From: Candidatus Firestonebacteria bacterium RIFOXYA2_FULL_40_8
GTDB taxonomy: Bacteria > Oederibacteriota > D2-FULL-39-29
Direction: 5' to 3'
Assembly (NCBI GenBank): GCA_001778355.1
Contig: MFGS01000039.1
Coordinates: forward strand, 1 to 58,533
DNA: 58,533 nt
The notes below the pieces were generated by a model that did not search any database, was not told where the DNA came from, and saw only the letters and a list, made by a program, of their open reading frames with translations. Both the position numbers and the translations under genes were made by a program. Positions 9,427-20,398 of this stretch are shown one piece after another. Positions within the stretch are counted from its first letter, which is position 1. Every line of letters begins with the position of its first letter.

Positions 9427-10641
9427 ATGAAAATCCTTTTTATTCAACCCACCATGGACAAAAGAGGTCATTATGGCGTTTATACGTCGAACCTTTGCCA
9501 GGAATTAGGCAAAATATCCGAGCTAACCCTATTTACTAATAAATCAGTCGTTAGCAAGTATATTTCTGAAACTCCCTCGTTTGAGATTGTAGAATATAAA
9601 AATGGCAAATACGGTTTTGAGAAATTCGATGAAAAGAAAAATAAAATTCCATTTTATTATACATTTGGCTACTTAAGAAACTCTTTCATCATCATAAGGG
9701 CCGCCTTAAAGTATATTAGGAAGAACAAATATGATCTTATTCAGATATTTGATACAGAATACAGTATATTGTCATTATTGCTTTTGTTTTACGGGAGTTC
9801 GTCTTCAAAAGTCGTAGTACATATTAGTGCTCCAAATTTTGCTTACAATGAATACAATGGACCTTTTATTTTAAAATTATATAAAATGCTGCAAAGAAAC
9901 ATCCTGGCATATTGTATTAAAAAAAGAGTGAACGGAATAAACTCCCTGGGTGAATATCACAGAGAAATGTTGATAAAACAACTGGAAATACCGGAAAGCA
10001 TTGCCATGGGGGTTATTTATGACGGTGCCGACTTCCAGAAGATTGAATATACTCAAGAAATTGCCAGGAATAAACTGAATATTGATTACAAAGGGTTTGT
10101 TTTTCTATTTTTTGGAATCTTAAGAAGAGATAAAGGGATTGAATATTTATTAGAAGCAGTATCTATTATTAAAGACCTTGATTTCAAAATCATAATTGCC
10201 GGTGCATTGTTTGATTATAAAGAAGCTGAGTTACAAGCGCTCATTAGTAAATACGGTATAAAAGACAAATTAATTGTTAAATTTGAATATATAAAGGATG
10301 AAGAAATCCCGTACTATTTTTTTTCTGCGGATGTCGTTGTTTTTCCTTATATAAAAAAATACAGGGGGGGTAGCGGCCCGTTATTAAAGCAAGCTGCAAT
10401 TTATAAAAAACCAGTTTTGGTTACAGCTGTTTCAGAAATGGGAAGACTGGTTAAGAGTAGAAATATGGGGATTGTCGTAACATCGGAAAATGTTACAGCT
10501 TTGGCTGATGCAATGAAAGGATATATGCAAATTCCCCGAGAGAAAAGACAACAATACGGAGAAAATGCTTCAAAAACTGCGAACACCTGGAAGAGTATGG
10601 CTCAAAAGTATTTAAATTATTTTGAGATAGTGGTCAAATGA
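9427..10641 (+). CDS. Glycosyltransferase, GT4/GT1 (GT-B fold) family
   Basis: Starts MKILFIQP. The C-terminal half carries the typical GT-B EX7E-like region (YRGGSGPLLKQAAIYKKPVLVT). ATG 9427 is preferred over the track start 9391 because it follows the upstream stop at 9424. Confidence 0.7.
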   Translation: MKILFIQPTMDKRGHYGVYTSNLCQELGKISELTLFTNKSVVSKYISETPSFEIVEYKNGKYGFEKFDEKKNKIPFYYTFGYLRNSFIIIRAALKYIRKNKYDLIQIFDTEYSILSLLLLFYGSSSSKVVVHISAPNFAYNEYNGPFILKLYKMLQRNILAYCIKKRVNGINSLGEYHREMLIKQLEIPESIAMGVIYDGADFQKIEYTQEIARNKLNIDYKGFVFLFFGILRRDKGIEYLLEAVSIIKDLDFKIIIAGALFDYKEAELQALISKYGIKDKLIVKFEYIKDEEIPYYFFSADVVVFPYIKKYRGGSGPLLKQAAIYKKPVLVTAVSEMGRLVKSRNMGIVVTSENVTALADAMKGYMQIPREKRQQYGENASKTANTWKSMAQKYLNYFEIVVK

Positions 10642-12095
10642 AAAGAATAAAAGCATTGTTATTTCAAAATACTAGCGTTAAACAGACAATATTCAAGAAT
10701 ACATTCTGGATAACTTTTGCAGAGATTGTAACAAGATTACTAAAGTTTATTTTATTTGTATATGTAATTAGATTTTATGGCGCCCTGGAGTTCGGAATAT
10801 TTTCGTTCGCATATTCTATTGTCGCACTCATAGGAATATTTTTTGATTTTGGTCTGTCAAATATTATCACAAGAGAATTTGCAAAGCATAAAAATGAAGA
10901 AAGAGTATTTCCTTCTATCATCGCCTTAAAACTGATAATGGGCATACTTACAGTCGTACTTATCTTGATAGTTTCATTATTGCTGTCTAAAGACCCTTTA
11001 GTAATTCAAAATGTCGGGATATTGGCAATATATTTGTTTTTAAGTGATTTGAGCGCAACATATTATGCTTTTATAAGGGCAAAACAAAAGATGGAATATG
11101 AAGGGTGGTTGAAAATATTAAGTTCTGTAATGTTGGTTGTATTAGGGTTTCTGACCTTTATTTTTATTCCTAAAAGTACAGGTCTAAGTCTAGCTCATCT
11201 TGTTTCAATGCTAATACTATGGGTTTGCATTATAAGCTTATTCAAGAAGGGCCAAGCTAAATATGAGATAGATCTCGAAAAAGATATAATTATCTGGAAA
11301 AAGTATTTAAGTTATTCCTGGCCATTGGCAATTACGACTGTAATATTGACTGTATGTTACTATACTGATTCTGTAATGTTGGGATATTTTGGATTAATTA
11401 AAGATACCGGTGTTTACAACGCAATATATAAGGTTATTGGGATATCAGCAATTGCAATACCTCTGATTACACAAGGATTTTATCCGCTTTTGAGCAAGAA
11501 CGCTAGAGAAAATAAAACATTGGAAAAGTCTTGGGGATATCAAAATCAAGCATTGATGTTTTTAGCAATTCCTATAACTATTGGAGGCTGGTATTTAGCT
11601 GGAGATATTATAACTCTGTTGTTTGGTGTTGAATACATTCAGGGTGTAGTTGCTTTGAAAATATTATTTATAAGTTCATTTATGCTGTATGTTGCAGTAT
11701 CTTGCAATCAATTATTAATAGTAAAGAATTATCAGAAGGAAATGTTTTTTCCAGTTTCTTTTGGAGCCGTGTTGAATATTATCTTAAACTATTTGCTAAT
11801 TCCCAAATACGGATTAAATGGAGCAGCGATGGCCACCGCGATTTCAAATATGTATTTACTTGTCGTTGGTCTTATTTTGGTGAGAAAGTTTTTAAATTAT
11901 AATATGATAAGTTCTGAATATTTAAAGACAATTCTGTGTTCGATGGTTGCAGGGGTTCTGATGCTGTTTTTAATTAAAACTTTGAAAGTAAGTTTGATAA
12001 TAAATATTGCGATATCCGGAAATATTTATATTATTTGTTTTTATGTGATGAATAAATATTTAATGAGGAGGAGTATTTATGAATTTGAAAAATAA
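10638..12095 (+). CDS. wzx: Oligosaccharide flippase (Wzx / polysaccharide biosynthesis protein family)
   Basis: 485 aa with about 12-14 predicted TM helices and an N-terminal KNTFWITFAEIVTRLLKF signature. ATGA overlap with the upstream gene. Confidence 0.75.
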   Translation: MKRIKALLFQNTSVKQTIFKNTFWITFAEIVTRLLKFILFVYVIRFYGALEFGIFSFAYSIVALIGIFFDFGLSNIITREFAKHKNEERVFPSIIALKLIMGILTVVLILIVSLLLSKDPLVIQNVGILAIYLFLSDLSATYYAFIRAKQKMEYEGWLKILSSVMLVVLGFLTFIFIPKSTGLSLAHLVSMLILWVCIISLFKKGQAKYEIDLEKDIIIWKKYLSYSWPLAITTVILTVCYYTDSVMLGYFGLIKDTGVYNAIYKVIGISAIAIPLITQGFYPLLSKNARENKTLEKSWGYQNQALMFLAIPITIGGWYLAGDIITLLFGVEYIQGVVALKILFISSFMLYVAVSCNQLLIVKNYQKEMFFPVSFGAVLNIILNYLLIPKYGLNGAAMATAISNMYLLVVGLILVRKFLNYNMISSEYLKTILCSMVAGVLMLFLIKTLKVSLIINIAISGNIYIICFYVMNKYLMRRSIYEFEK

Positions 12096-13017
12096 GAGAG
12101 TTATGGTAATCGGAGGAGCAGGCTTTATTGGCTCACATACTGTTGATGAACTTATTAAAAGGAAAGCGAAAGTCGTTATTGTTGATAACCTGTCAACTGG
12201 AAGAAAGGAAAACATTAATTCGCTAGCCAAGTTTTATAAGTTGAATATTGCCAATGATAAAATTAAGGATATAATAATTAAAGAGAAACCAGAAGTAATG
12301 TATATTTTTTCTTTCTTTGTTCTAGTTCCGCGATCAACCAAAGACCCTTTGCTAGATATTGATAATATAGTCGGAGCAATTAAAATATTACAGACAGCGA
12401 AGGATATAGGTGTTAAGAAAATAATTTATAGTTCTTCCGGTTTTTTATACGGAAATAATCCTAATATGCCGGTTAAAGAAACAGAACCGATAGATCCTGT
12501 TACTCCATATGTTGTATCAAAAAGTGCTATTGAAAATTACCTGAGATTTTATAAAAAAGCATATAATTTGCCTTTTGTTATACTCAGGTATTCGGCCGTA
12601 TACGGCCCAAGACAGGTAACAGGCGCAATGGCAGATTATATTAGAAAATTATATAATAACAAACAGGCCGACATTTGGGGCGATGGAAGAAAAACAAGGG
12701 ACTATGTGTTCATAAAAGATATTGTTCGGGCGAATATAATGGCATTAGATGTTGCGAATAATCACGAGAATCCGGTTTTTAACCTCGGAGGTGGGGTTGA
12801 AACTACATTAAATAAATTATATCAGACAATCGCATCATTATTAAAAAAAGAATCTAAACCAATATATCATTCTGATAGACCCGGCGAACAAATAAGATAT
12901 TGCCTGGATAATGAAAAAATTAACAAGTATTTAGGGTGGGATGTTTCATGTCCTCTTGCCAAAGGCTTAAAAGAAACTGTAGAATATTGGAAAAATACCT
13001 GGTCGAAAAAGAAATAA
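12079..13017 (+). CDS. NAD-dependent nucleotide-sugar epimerase/dehydratase (extended SDR)
   Basis: GGAGFIGSH Rossmann motif and YVVSK catalytic YxxxK. RBS GGAGGAG 8 nt upstream. Confidence 0.8.
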   Translation: MNLKNKRVMVIGGAGFIGSHTVDELIKRKAKVVIVDNLSTGRKENINSLAKFYKLNIANDKIKDIIIKEKPEVMYIFSFFVLVPRSTKDPLLDIDNIVGAIKILQTAKDIGVKKIIYSSSGFLYGNNPNMPVKETEPIDPVTPYVVSKSAIENYLRFYKKAYNLPFVILRYSAVYGPRQVTGAMADYIRKLYNNKQADIWGDGRKTRDYVFIKDIVRANIMALDVANNHENPVFNLGGGVETTLNKLYQTIASLLKKESKPIYHSDRPGEQIRYCLDNEKINKYLGWDVSCPLAKGLKETVEYWKNTWSKKK

Positions 13018-13063
13018 TAATATATTCTATATAATAAAAAGCATTTAAATGGAGAATATCAGA

Positions 13064-13978
13064 ATGAGTAAAGTTTCAGTAATAATTACAACATTTAACA
13101 GAGAAAAGCACATTGGTTGTGCAGTAGAGAGCGTATTGAATCAATCTTATAAAGATTTTGAATTGTTAATACTTGATAATAGTTCAACTGACAATACAAG
13201 AAAAATAGTTGAAGGAATTAAAGACAGCAGAATTAGATATATTATTCATCCTGCAATGAGCATTTCTAGCGCGAGAAATCTTGGAGTTAGAGAGTCAAAG
13301 GGCGAATTCATTGCGTTTCTCGATGACGATGATGAATGGTTGCCTGCAAAAATAGAAAAGCAATTGAAAGTGTTCAATAACAAAGATACCGCTCTTGTAT
13401 ATGGAGGATTTGAAAAAATAGATAGTGATGGTAAAAACATTGGAAATCACAGGCCGGTTCTCAAAGGGAAAATACTAAATGATCTTTTATCTCTAAAGGA
13501 TGATTTTACGGCATCTGCATCAAATCCCATGCTTAGGAAATCTGTCATTATTGAATTGGGTTTGTACAATGAAAAGGTATTAACCGGAGAAGATTATGAA
13601 TTGTATCTGCGTATAGCAAAAAAGTATTTGATAGATTACACGCCAGAAATAGTTTTAAAAATAAAAACTCATTATGGGTCGAGACTTGGAGATAGACTAA
13701 AGGATGCTGCAGAGCTAGAGCTAATGTTACTTGATGATTATTGTGAAATATTTGATAACGACGGGAGATTAAAAAGTTTTTATTTACAACGAATTGGAGG
13801 AAAGTATATTCGGATAGGTGAAAATAAATTAGGCAGAAGTTATATAATCAAATCAATAAGATCTTATAGTTTAAATCTGATTGCCTATGCTCAATATCTA
13901 GTGTCTTTCTTAAACATAAAAGTATACAGATTCTTACATGATAAATATCTAAAAATACAAAGAAAATTAAGGAGCTAG
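13064..13978 (+). CDS. Glycosyltransferase family 2
   Basis: VSVIITTFN start, then LILDNSSTD and FLDDDD (DXD) motifs. ATG 13064 with GGAGA upstream is preferred over 13049. Confidence 0.8.
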   Translation: MSKVSVIITTFNREKHIGCAVESVLNQSYKDFELLILDNSSTDNTRKIVEGIKDSRIRYIIHPAMSISSARNLGVRESKGEFIAFLDDDDEWLPAKIEKQLKVFNNKDTALVYGGFEKIDSDGKNIGNHRPVLKGKILNDLLSLKDDFTASASNPMLRKSVIIELGLYNEKVLTGEDYELYLRIAKKYLIDYTPEIVLKIKTHYGSRLGDRLKDAAELELMLLDDYCEIFDNDGRLKSFYLQRIGGKYIRIGENKLGRSYIIKSIRSYSLNLIAYAQYLVSFLNIKVYRFLHDKYLKIQRKLRS

Positions 13979-13981
13979 TTG

Positions 13982-14929
13982 ATGAATTGTATAGTATGTA
14001 AAAATAGCAATAATAATTTGATTTATAAAAATCTCAAAGACCGTCTTCATCAAGATATCGAAGGCAAATATAATTTGAAAAGGTGCAATGTTTGCGGTTT
14101 AATATTTCTAGATCCTCAACCCACAACTAAGGAAATAACGAGGCATTATCCTAGTGAATATGGCGTATATAATAGTTCAAGCGAAAGTAGGAAAAAGTTC
14201 TTAGTAGCAAAATGGATAAATAATGTATTCCTTAAAAAAGAAAATAGTAATATATTTCTAAAAGCAGGTTTAATATTTTTCTATTACAAATTGGCACATT
14301 TGCCTGATTTTATAAAAAGTGGGAGAGTTCTGGATGTCGGGTGTAGTCTCGGAGATAGATTGTTAATGTTAAAATACTTGGGTTGGCAAGTCGAAGGGGT
14401 AGAGATAAGCAAAAAAGCTGCAGTTATTGCAAGGTGTAGGCTGAAAAAATCAATATATAATAGTACATTTGAAAAAGCCAAATTGCCTAACAACTATTAC
14501 GATGCTGTTTATCTTAACAATGTATTTGAACATTTTAAAAAGCCAATGTTTTGCCTCAAAAAAATAAGACATATTCTAAAGAAAGGTGGACAACTAATAG
14601 TTGTTGTTCCAAATAGTAGTAGTTTGTCATTTAGAATATTTAAACAAAATACATTATTAATTGATGTTCCAAGGCATTATTATACATATAATGAAAATAA
14701 CTTAACAAGAATTTTAAAAGAAGAGGGATTTATTGTTAATACGGTAGTATATTCTAATTGTTTTTCGTCGTTTTCTTCTGGCTTTGCATTATTGTTAGGG
14801 AAGAAAGTAGATTATTTCAAGCTATTAGATAAGATGCTATGGCTTATGGGGTTTGTTTTAGATCCCATCCTAAATGTATTTGGAGTTGGAGATTATTTGA
14901 TTATTAAAGCCGAAAAGGTCAATAAATGA
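13982..14929 (+). CDS. Class I SAM-dependent methyltransferase with N-terminal Cys-rich zinc-ribbon-like segment
   Basis: CIVCKN...CNVCG pair, then motif I VLDVGCSLGDR and YDAVYLNNVFEH. ATG 13982 lies 7 nt after AAGGAG. Confidence 0.7.
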   Translation: MNCIVCKNSNNNLIYKNLKDRLHQDIEGKYNLKRCNVCGLIFLDPQPTTKEITRHYPSEYGVYNSSSESRKKFLVAKWINNVFLKKENSNIFLKAGLIFFYYKLAHLPDFIKSGRVLDVGCSLGDRLLMLKYLGWQVEGVEISKKAAVIARCRLKKSIYNSTFEKAKLPNNYYDAVYLNNVFEHFKKPMFCLKKIRHILKKGGQLIVVVPNSSSLSFRIFKQNTLLIDVPRHYYTYNENNLTRILKEEGFIVNTVVYSNCFSSFSSGFALLLGKKVDYFKLLDKMLWLMGFVLDPILNVFGVGDYLIIKAEKVNK

Positions 14930-15969
14930 AGATATTTTATTATATGCCATATCATAAGAGTCTGGGAGCCGATTATTGGATTTATGAAGGTTGGAAATAT
15001 GCTTTTATTGATTTGGGTCATGAATTTATAGAGATTAATAATTTCTCGAGAGATATAAAAGAGTATACGAAATTTGGATTTCCAGAGATATTATTTATCC
15101 CCAATATCGGTGATGTAATGATAAATGAATGCGATACACTTGAATGGGTTAGGAAAAATGGTACTGTTGTTTTTATGGTTGTTCATTGGCCAATGAAAGA
15201 ACAGGAAATAAAGTCTATACGATCGCGGGACATTGCAGATGTTTATTTTAGTGAAAGAGAACCGGAATCTATGGGTGAATTTTACAACATTACCGGAAAA
15301 AAGTATTTTAATATCCCTCAAGCCGCAAATAAAAATTGGCATTTTCCCGTAGAATCTGCTAAAGACTATGAGTATGATATTTTATATTTAGGCGCCAGAT
15401 TACCAAAAAAGGAGGCAATGTTTAAGAGTGTGCTATTGCCCCTTAAAAAGAAGTATAAAGTGGGAATATTTGGCCCTTATTGGAATAATGAAGACAATTT
15501 CCTGCGTTTAGTACAAAAAATATTCAGAAAAATTAAATATGAAAAGTGGGCAAACAAAATCAACGAAATAAGATTTAAGAAATATATTTTTCCAAAAGAG
15601 ATTCAGAATATGCTATATTCGTCATCAAAAATATGTTTAAACTTTCATGAAAGGGAGAAAGACGGGAGTCAGCCACATCTAATATTAACTCAAAGGACTT
15701 TTGTTATTCCGGCTTGCGGAGGCTTTGAAATATGTGATTATGTGCCACCTTTAAGAAAGTATTTTTCCGAAGAAGAAATGGTAATGGCAACAATGGATAA
15801 AGAGGATTGGTTTAAAAAGATAGAATATTACATGAATAATGAAAAGGAGCGAAACACGATAAGACAAAAAGGTACTAAACGTGCGTTGTCTGATCATACA
15901 TATCATAACAGAGTAAAGACGGTAATTGATATTTACACCGAAGTAAGAAATAAAATGTCAGAATATTAG
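14926..15969 (+). CDS. CgeB-family / DUF3880-type glycosyltransferase (GT-B C-terminal domain)
   Basis: C-terminal TQRTFVIPACGGFEICDY...NNEKERNTIRQKGTKRALSDHTYHNRV matches the CgeB-like Glyco_trans_1_2 pattern. ATGA overlap upstream. Confidence 0.55.
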   Translation: MKIFYYMPYHKSLGADYWIYEGWKYAFIDLGHEFIEINNFSRDIKEYTKFGFPEILFIPNIGDVMINECDTLEWVRKNGTVVFMVVHWPMKEQEIKSIRSRDIADVYFSEREPESMGEFYNITGKKYFNIPQAANKNWHFPVESAKDYEYDILYLGARLPKKEAMFKSVLLPLKKKYKVGIFGPYWNNEDNFLRLVQKIFRKIKYEKWANKINEIRFKKYIFPKEIQNMLYSSSKICLNFHEREKDGSQPHLILTQRTFVIPACGGFEICDYVPPLRKYFSEEEMVMATMDKEDWFKKIEYYMNNEKERNTIRQKGTKRALSDHTYHNRVKTVIDIYTEVRNKMSEY

Positions 15970-16042
15970 GGACGTGAACTTGTGCAAGCAATAAGGTCTA
16001 TAGTATTTTAGCAGACTCAAATTCAATAGGTGAGGTCATTAA

Positions 16043-16660
16043 ATGAAAAATATAAAAATACGATTTAGCAGAAAAATGCCGTTTTTGATTTTCTGGTACA
16101 TTAAGCAATATTCAAGAGCAATAAGATGGATGCTTACAAAAAAAGATAAAGATATAACCGCAATTATTAAGCACAGGATGATTAGAAATTGGGCTAAGGA
16201 GGTTAAAATATTTGTTGAGACAGGTACATATTTAGGTGATACTTCATGGGCCGTTAGAAATACATTCAGAGAGATACATACTGTTGAGATGAGTGAAGAA
16301 CTATATAATGAGGCTCTAAAAAGATTTAAAAATACAAGACATGTTCATTTGTATCAGGGAAATAGTGAAGATATTCTACCATCGATTACATCAAAAATAA
16401 CGGAAAATGCTGTATTCTTTCTTGATGCCCATCATTCTGGAGGGGTAACTACAAAAGGAAACGATAATACCCCAATTGTAAAAGAAATAAAGGAGATATT
16501 TAAGCGTGAAAGAGTCGGTGATATTGTCATCGTAGACGATGCCGATTCATTCACCGGTAAAGATGGATATCCTACAGCTAAAGAAATGCAAATACTCGCT
16601 GAAGCCAATGGATTTGCAATGGAAATAGAATGTAACATGATGAAACTGGTGAAAAAATGA
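16043..16660 (+). CDS. Putative SAM-dependent methyltransferase (Rossmann fold, CmcI/TylF-like)
   Basis: VETGTYLGDTS glycine-rich loop, HTVEMS acidic strand, FFLDAHH and IVIVDDAD. By-eye resemblance only. Confidence 0.45.
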   Translation: MKNIKIRFSRKMPFLIFWYIKQYSRAIRWMLTKKDKDITAIIKHRMIRNWAKEVKIFVETGTYLGDTSWAVRNTFREIHTVEMSEELYNEALKRFKNTRHVHLYQGNSEDILPSITSKITENAVFFLDAHHSGGVTTKGNDNTPIVKEIKEIFKRERVGDIVIVDDADSFTGKDGYPTAKEMQILAEANGFAMEIECNMMKLVKK

Positions 16661-18150
16661 AGATATTATTAATAAATCCTCCTCATCTGCAAAAAAAAGG
16701 CGCTTTTCCGAGAATAGTATTTGAACCAATAGGATTAAGTTATATTGCTGCGATTCTATTAGAAAATAATTATAAAGTCGAAATTCTAGACACAATTGGA
16801 TTAGGTTTTAATAAAAAGACTGAGTTGGACGAAAAAAGAGAATTAATTGGGTTGAATTACTTGGAGATTGAAAATGTAATCAGAGAAAAAAATCCTGACA
16901 TTGTTGGAATAGCGGTTCCTTTTACAATGAGAGCAGAAAGCGCATTTAAAATTGCATCAATAGTTAAACTGATAAATAGCAAAACTATTACGATCCTTGG
17001 AGGCATACATATTAGTTCATACTCCGAGGAAAGCATTAAGAATCCAAATGTTGATTATGTTGTCACCGGCGAAGGTGAGATAGCAACCTTAAAACTGGTA
17101 AAAGCTATTAAAAAAAATGACATTGAATCTATGAAATTTATTGATGGAATAGGTTATAAGTTAAATGAACAATATATACTAAATCCGCAAATTTCAAAGA
17201 TCGACAATCTGGATGAAATACCTTTTCCGGCCAGGCAACTATTACCAATGAGCGAGTATGTGAAAGCTTCAAAATTATTATTAACAGGAAGGACTGGAAA
17301 TAGGTTTAACAGTGTGGTTACCAGTCGAGGATGTCCTTTTAAATGTACTTTCTGTGTTTCGTACAAGCTGATGGGCAGGCAATGGAGATTTAGAAGTCCT
17401 GAAAATGTTGTTAACGAAATAGAACACTTAGTAAAAACCTACAAAACGGATTTTATTCATTTCGAAGATGATAATCTAACCTATAAAAAAGAAAGAATAA
17501 TGAAAATATGTGATTTAATTATTGAAAGAAAGCTAAAAATAAAATGGGATACTCCAAACGGCGTTAGAGCAGATACATTGGACGAAGAGGTTGTCAGAAA
17601 AATGAAAGAGTCTGGATGCTCCAAAATTTATGTTGCCCCAGAGTCAGGGAATCAATATGTAGTAGACAATATTATAAAAAAGAAAATGAATCTTCAAAAA
17701 GTTGAGGAAGTTGTTAAATTATGTAAAAAACATGGAATAAAAGTAGAAGCTTTTTATGTTATTGGAAATATGGGAGAAACAAAAGAACAAATACAGGATA
17801 CTATTAATTACGCAAAAAAACTCAGAAAATATGGAGTATCTAAGTCGCATTTTCATATTGCTACACCTTTTGAAGGGACAGAATTATACATAAAAGCGAA
17901 AAATGAAGGGTGTCTGGTTGATGCCTACGAGAATGGTGTTAAAGCTGAAGCACAAAGGATACAAACGAAAGAATTTACAGTCAAAGATATTGATGATTTT
18001 CTGATGAAGGGTAGTAAAACTAACCCAAAAATACCATTAGATAAAATACATCTAAGTATATTACTATTTATAAGAAACCCTTTGAGATTATTTAAAGCCG
18101 TAGTAAGTTACATTTTCAAGGGTAATAGCGGATTGAATAGCTTTTTATAA
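16657..18150 (+). CDS. B12-binding-domain radical SAM enzyme (class B)
   Basis: N-terminal B12-binding-like domain (KILLINPP...IGLSYIAAIL...VGIAV...ILGGIH). CX3CX2C cluster motif SRGCPFKCTFCV. ATGA overlap upstream. Confidence 0.8.
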   Translation: MKILLINPPHLQKKGAFPRIVFEPIGLSYIAAILLENNYKVEILDTIGLGFNKKTELDEKRELIGLNYLEIENVIREKNPDIVGIAVPFTMRAESAFKIASIVKLINSKTITILGGIHISSYSEESIKNPNVDYVVTGEGEIATLKLVKAIKKNDIESMKFIDGIGYKLNEQYILNPQISKIDNLDEIPFPARQLLPMSEYVKASKLLLTGRTGNRFNSVVTSRGCPFKCTFCVSYKLMGRQWRFRSPENVVNEIEHLVKTYKTDFIHFEDDNLTYKKERIMKICDLIIERKLKIKWDTPNGVRADTLDEEVVRKMKESGCSKIYVAPESGNQYVVDNIIKKKMNLQKVEEVVKLCKKHGIKVEAFYVIGNMGETKEQIQDTINYAKKLRKYGVSKSHFHIATPFEGTELYIKAKNEGCLVDAYENGVKAEAQRIQTKEFTVKDIDDFLMKGSKTNPKIPLDKIHLSILLFIRNPLRLFKAVVSYIFKGNSGLNSFL

Positions 18151-18173
18151 TAACAATTAGTGTGGAGAGAAAT

Positions 18174-19436
18174 ATGCTTTTTGTGTTATTTGTTTTACTG
18201 ATAATAGCATTAGTACAAAGTAAGCTGTTTTACAAAAAAATATTAAATCCGTCTTTAATATTTTTTATTGTATGGTTTGTCGATTTCATATTTTATCAGA
18301 TAGATCAATCGTATTATGGATATTTTACGCCAATAAGTACCCGAGCCCAGATAATATTTATTGTAAGTGCAATATTTTTTTTAATTGGAACTTTTACTGT
18401 AAAGAGAACGAATGGCTTAATAAATAATGTAGAAAATGTAATTAATGACTTACAGTTGAATTTACTGTATAAAATATGTAAATTCATTATGCCGGTGTTC
18501 ATTATAAGTATTATAGCGAAATGCGTAATATTTGTTAAAAGATATGGCAATCCATTTCAAAGCATGATTTTAATACGGGATGAATATGTTCAAGGTGTAT
18601 TCAATTTTCCATTTCATTTGGACTTTATTATAAATGTATGTGGCTATCTATTAGTGTTGAATCTGGTAATCATTTACATGCTCAAGAAAAATAAGAAAAT
18701 ATTGCTATTTATTGTTATTGCATTTTTAGGTGTATTTATAAATGATTTTACAGTTGCTGGCAGAGGATGGACGCTTGTTTGGTTTTTTATGCTGATTGGT
18801 GTGATATTTATGACTTACAATGTCGTAAATATAAAATTTAAATTACGTCATATTACAGTCCCTACTTTTTTAGCTGCCATTTTTACAGTAATGATATATA
18901 TTATTTTTGGATTAAGATCTCAGAAAAGTGATGTATCATTTTATGGAATGGTTGTATTAAATACTTTTCAGTATTTTGTATGTAATATTTCTTCATATGG
19001 TTATTTTGTTAGCAATCCACTTCCTTCTGGAGTGTTCGGATATTACACATTTGGAGGATTATATAAGATATTCGACGACATTATTAATAGTATATTTAGC
19101 ATGCATATATATCCAACTTACGACTCATATTATTACTATGCTAATATAAGCGATGGACCAGTTAATTCATCAATTCACCTGAGTTTTTTTTATGCTGATT
19201 TTGGAATTGCTGGCGTCATTTTAATAAGTTTTCTTTGGGGATTGTTAGCTTCATATCTATTCTATAAATTGATTTATCGTAAGAGAATAATTGATATACA
19301 GCTAGCAGCAATTGCAATTTCAACAATTTTGTTCAGTGTTAGAGGAATATATGGAGAGGGAAGGTTTTTTTGGATGTTAATATTGCTGGTGTTTATTCAG
19401 CATAAATATATCAAGTTATATGGGAAAGCAAAATGA
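18174..19436 (+). CDS. Wzy-like oligosaccharide repeat-unit polymerase (polytopic membrane protein)
   Basis: About 420 aa, very hydrophobic, with 10 or more predicted TM segments and one larger loop. Its position between the flippase and the GT2 genes fits this role. There is no sequence-specific motif, so the call rests on context. Confidence 0.5.
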   Translation: MLFVLFVLLIIALVQSKLFYKKILNPSLIFFIVWFVDFIFYQIDQSYYGYFTPISTRAQIIFIVSAIFFLIGTFTVKRTNGLINNVENVINDLQLNLLYKICKFIMPVFIISIIAKCVIFVKRYGNPFQSMILIRDEYVQGVFNFPFHLDFIINVCGYLLVLNLVIIYMLKKNKKILLFIVIAFLGVFINDFTVAGRGWTLVWFFMLIGVIFMTYNVVNIKFKLRHITVPTFLAAIFTVMIYIIFGLRSQKSDVSFYGMVVLNTFQYFVCNISSYGYFVSNPLPSGVFGYYTFGGLYKIFDDIINSIFSMHIYPTYDSYYYYANISDGPVNSSIHLSFFYADFGIAGVILISFLWGLLASYLFYKLIYRKRIIDIQLAAIAISTILFSVRGIYGEGRFFWMLILLVFIQHKYIKLYGKAK

Positions 19437-20398
19437 AAAACTATCCTCTTGTTTCCATAATAATGCTTGCTTATAACTCAGAGCTGTACATTAAAAGAGG
19501 AATAATAAGTGCGTTAAATCAAGATTACAAGAATATTGAATTGTTGATAATAGATAGTAGTCCTAACAAAAAGACAAAAGAGGTAGCTGACGAAATTAAG
19601 GATTTAAGAATTAAATATCATTATATTCCAAATTTGGAAATAGGAGCTGCCAGGAATGCTGGAATAAGATTTAGTACTGGAAAATATATTACTTTTTTAG
19701 ATTCTGACGACAAGTATCTTCCGGAAAAAGTAAAAAAACAGGTTGAATATTTACAAGACAACAGTAAATATAAAATCGCATACTGTAATGCGCTTCATTA
19801 TTATCAAAATAAGCCCGGTGTGTTTTATAAAAAAGAAATATGTTGTAAGAGCGGAAACGTTTTGTATGATTTACTGGAAACATCTTTGGTAAATCCAAAT
19901 ACAATAATGTTTGAAAAAGAAGTAATGAAGAAAGTAGGGCTAATAAATGAAAGTAAATATTTCCCTGAAGATTGGGACCTCTGTTTAAGAATGGCAGTTG
20001 AAGGTTATGAATTTGGATATTTAAATGAAGATCTCGTAATTGTAGAAATGAGAGAGAATAGTAACACAACGTTTGATATCCAAAGTAAATTAAAAGAAAA
20101 TGCAATTATAATGTTCAATAGCTTGAAGGAAAAAGTTGATAAAGAATATGGGAGTGCATTCAATAATATTATTTTCAAAACAAAAAGATCGCTAGCGCTT
20201 GCCTATCTTATAAATAACAACAAAATAATGTTTAGTAAAACTATTTTTGAAATATATAATAAAGGCATTGTAATTCAGGTTATTGTCTTCATGGTTTGCC
20301 TCATTCCTAAAGAGATATTAAGAAATATTGTGATATTTACATGGAAAATGAAAAGAAAAAAGAGTTTTGGGCAGGTGGTAAAAAATGACCAAAGATAA
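19433..20398 (+). CDS. Glycosyltransferase family 2
   Basis: VSIIMLAYN start, LLIIDSSPN, and the FLDSDD DXD motif. ATGA overlap upstream. Confidence 0.8.
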   Translation: MKNYPLVSIIMLAYNSELYIKRGIISALNQDYKNIELLIIDSSPNKKTKEVADEIKDLRIKYHYIPNLEIGAARNAGIRFSTGKYITFLDSDDKYLPEKVKKQVEYLQDNSKYKIAYCNALHYYQNKPGVFYKKEICCKSGNVLYDLLETSLVNPNTIMFEKEVMKKVGLINESKYFPEDWDLCLRMAVEGYEFGYLNEDLVIVEMRENSNTTFDIQSKLKENAIIMFNSLKEKVDKEYGSAFNNIIFKTKRSLALAYLINNNKIMFSKTIFEIYNKGIVIQVIVFMVCLIPKEILRNIVIFTWKMKRKKSFGQVVKNDQR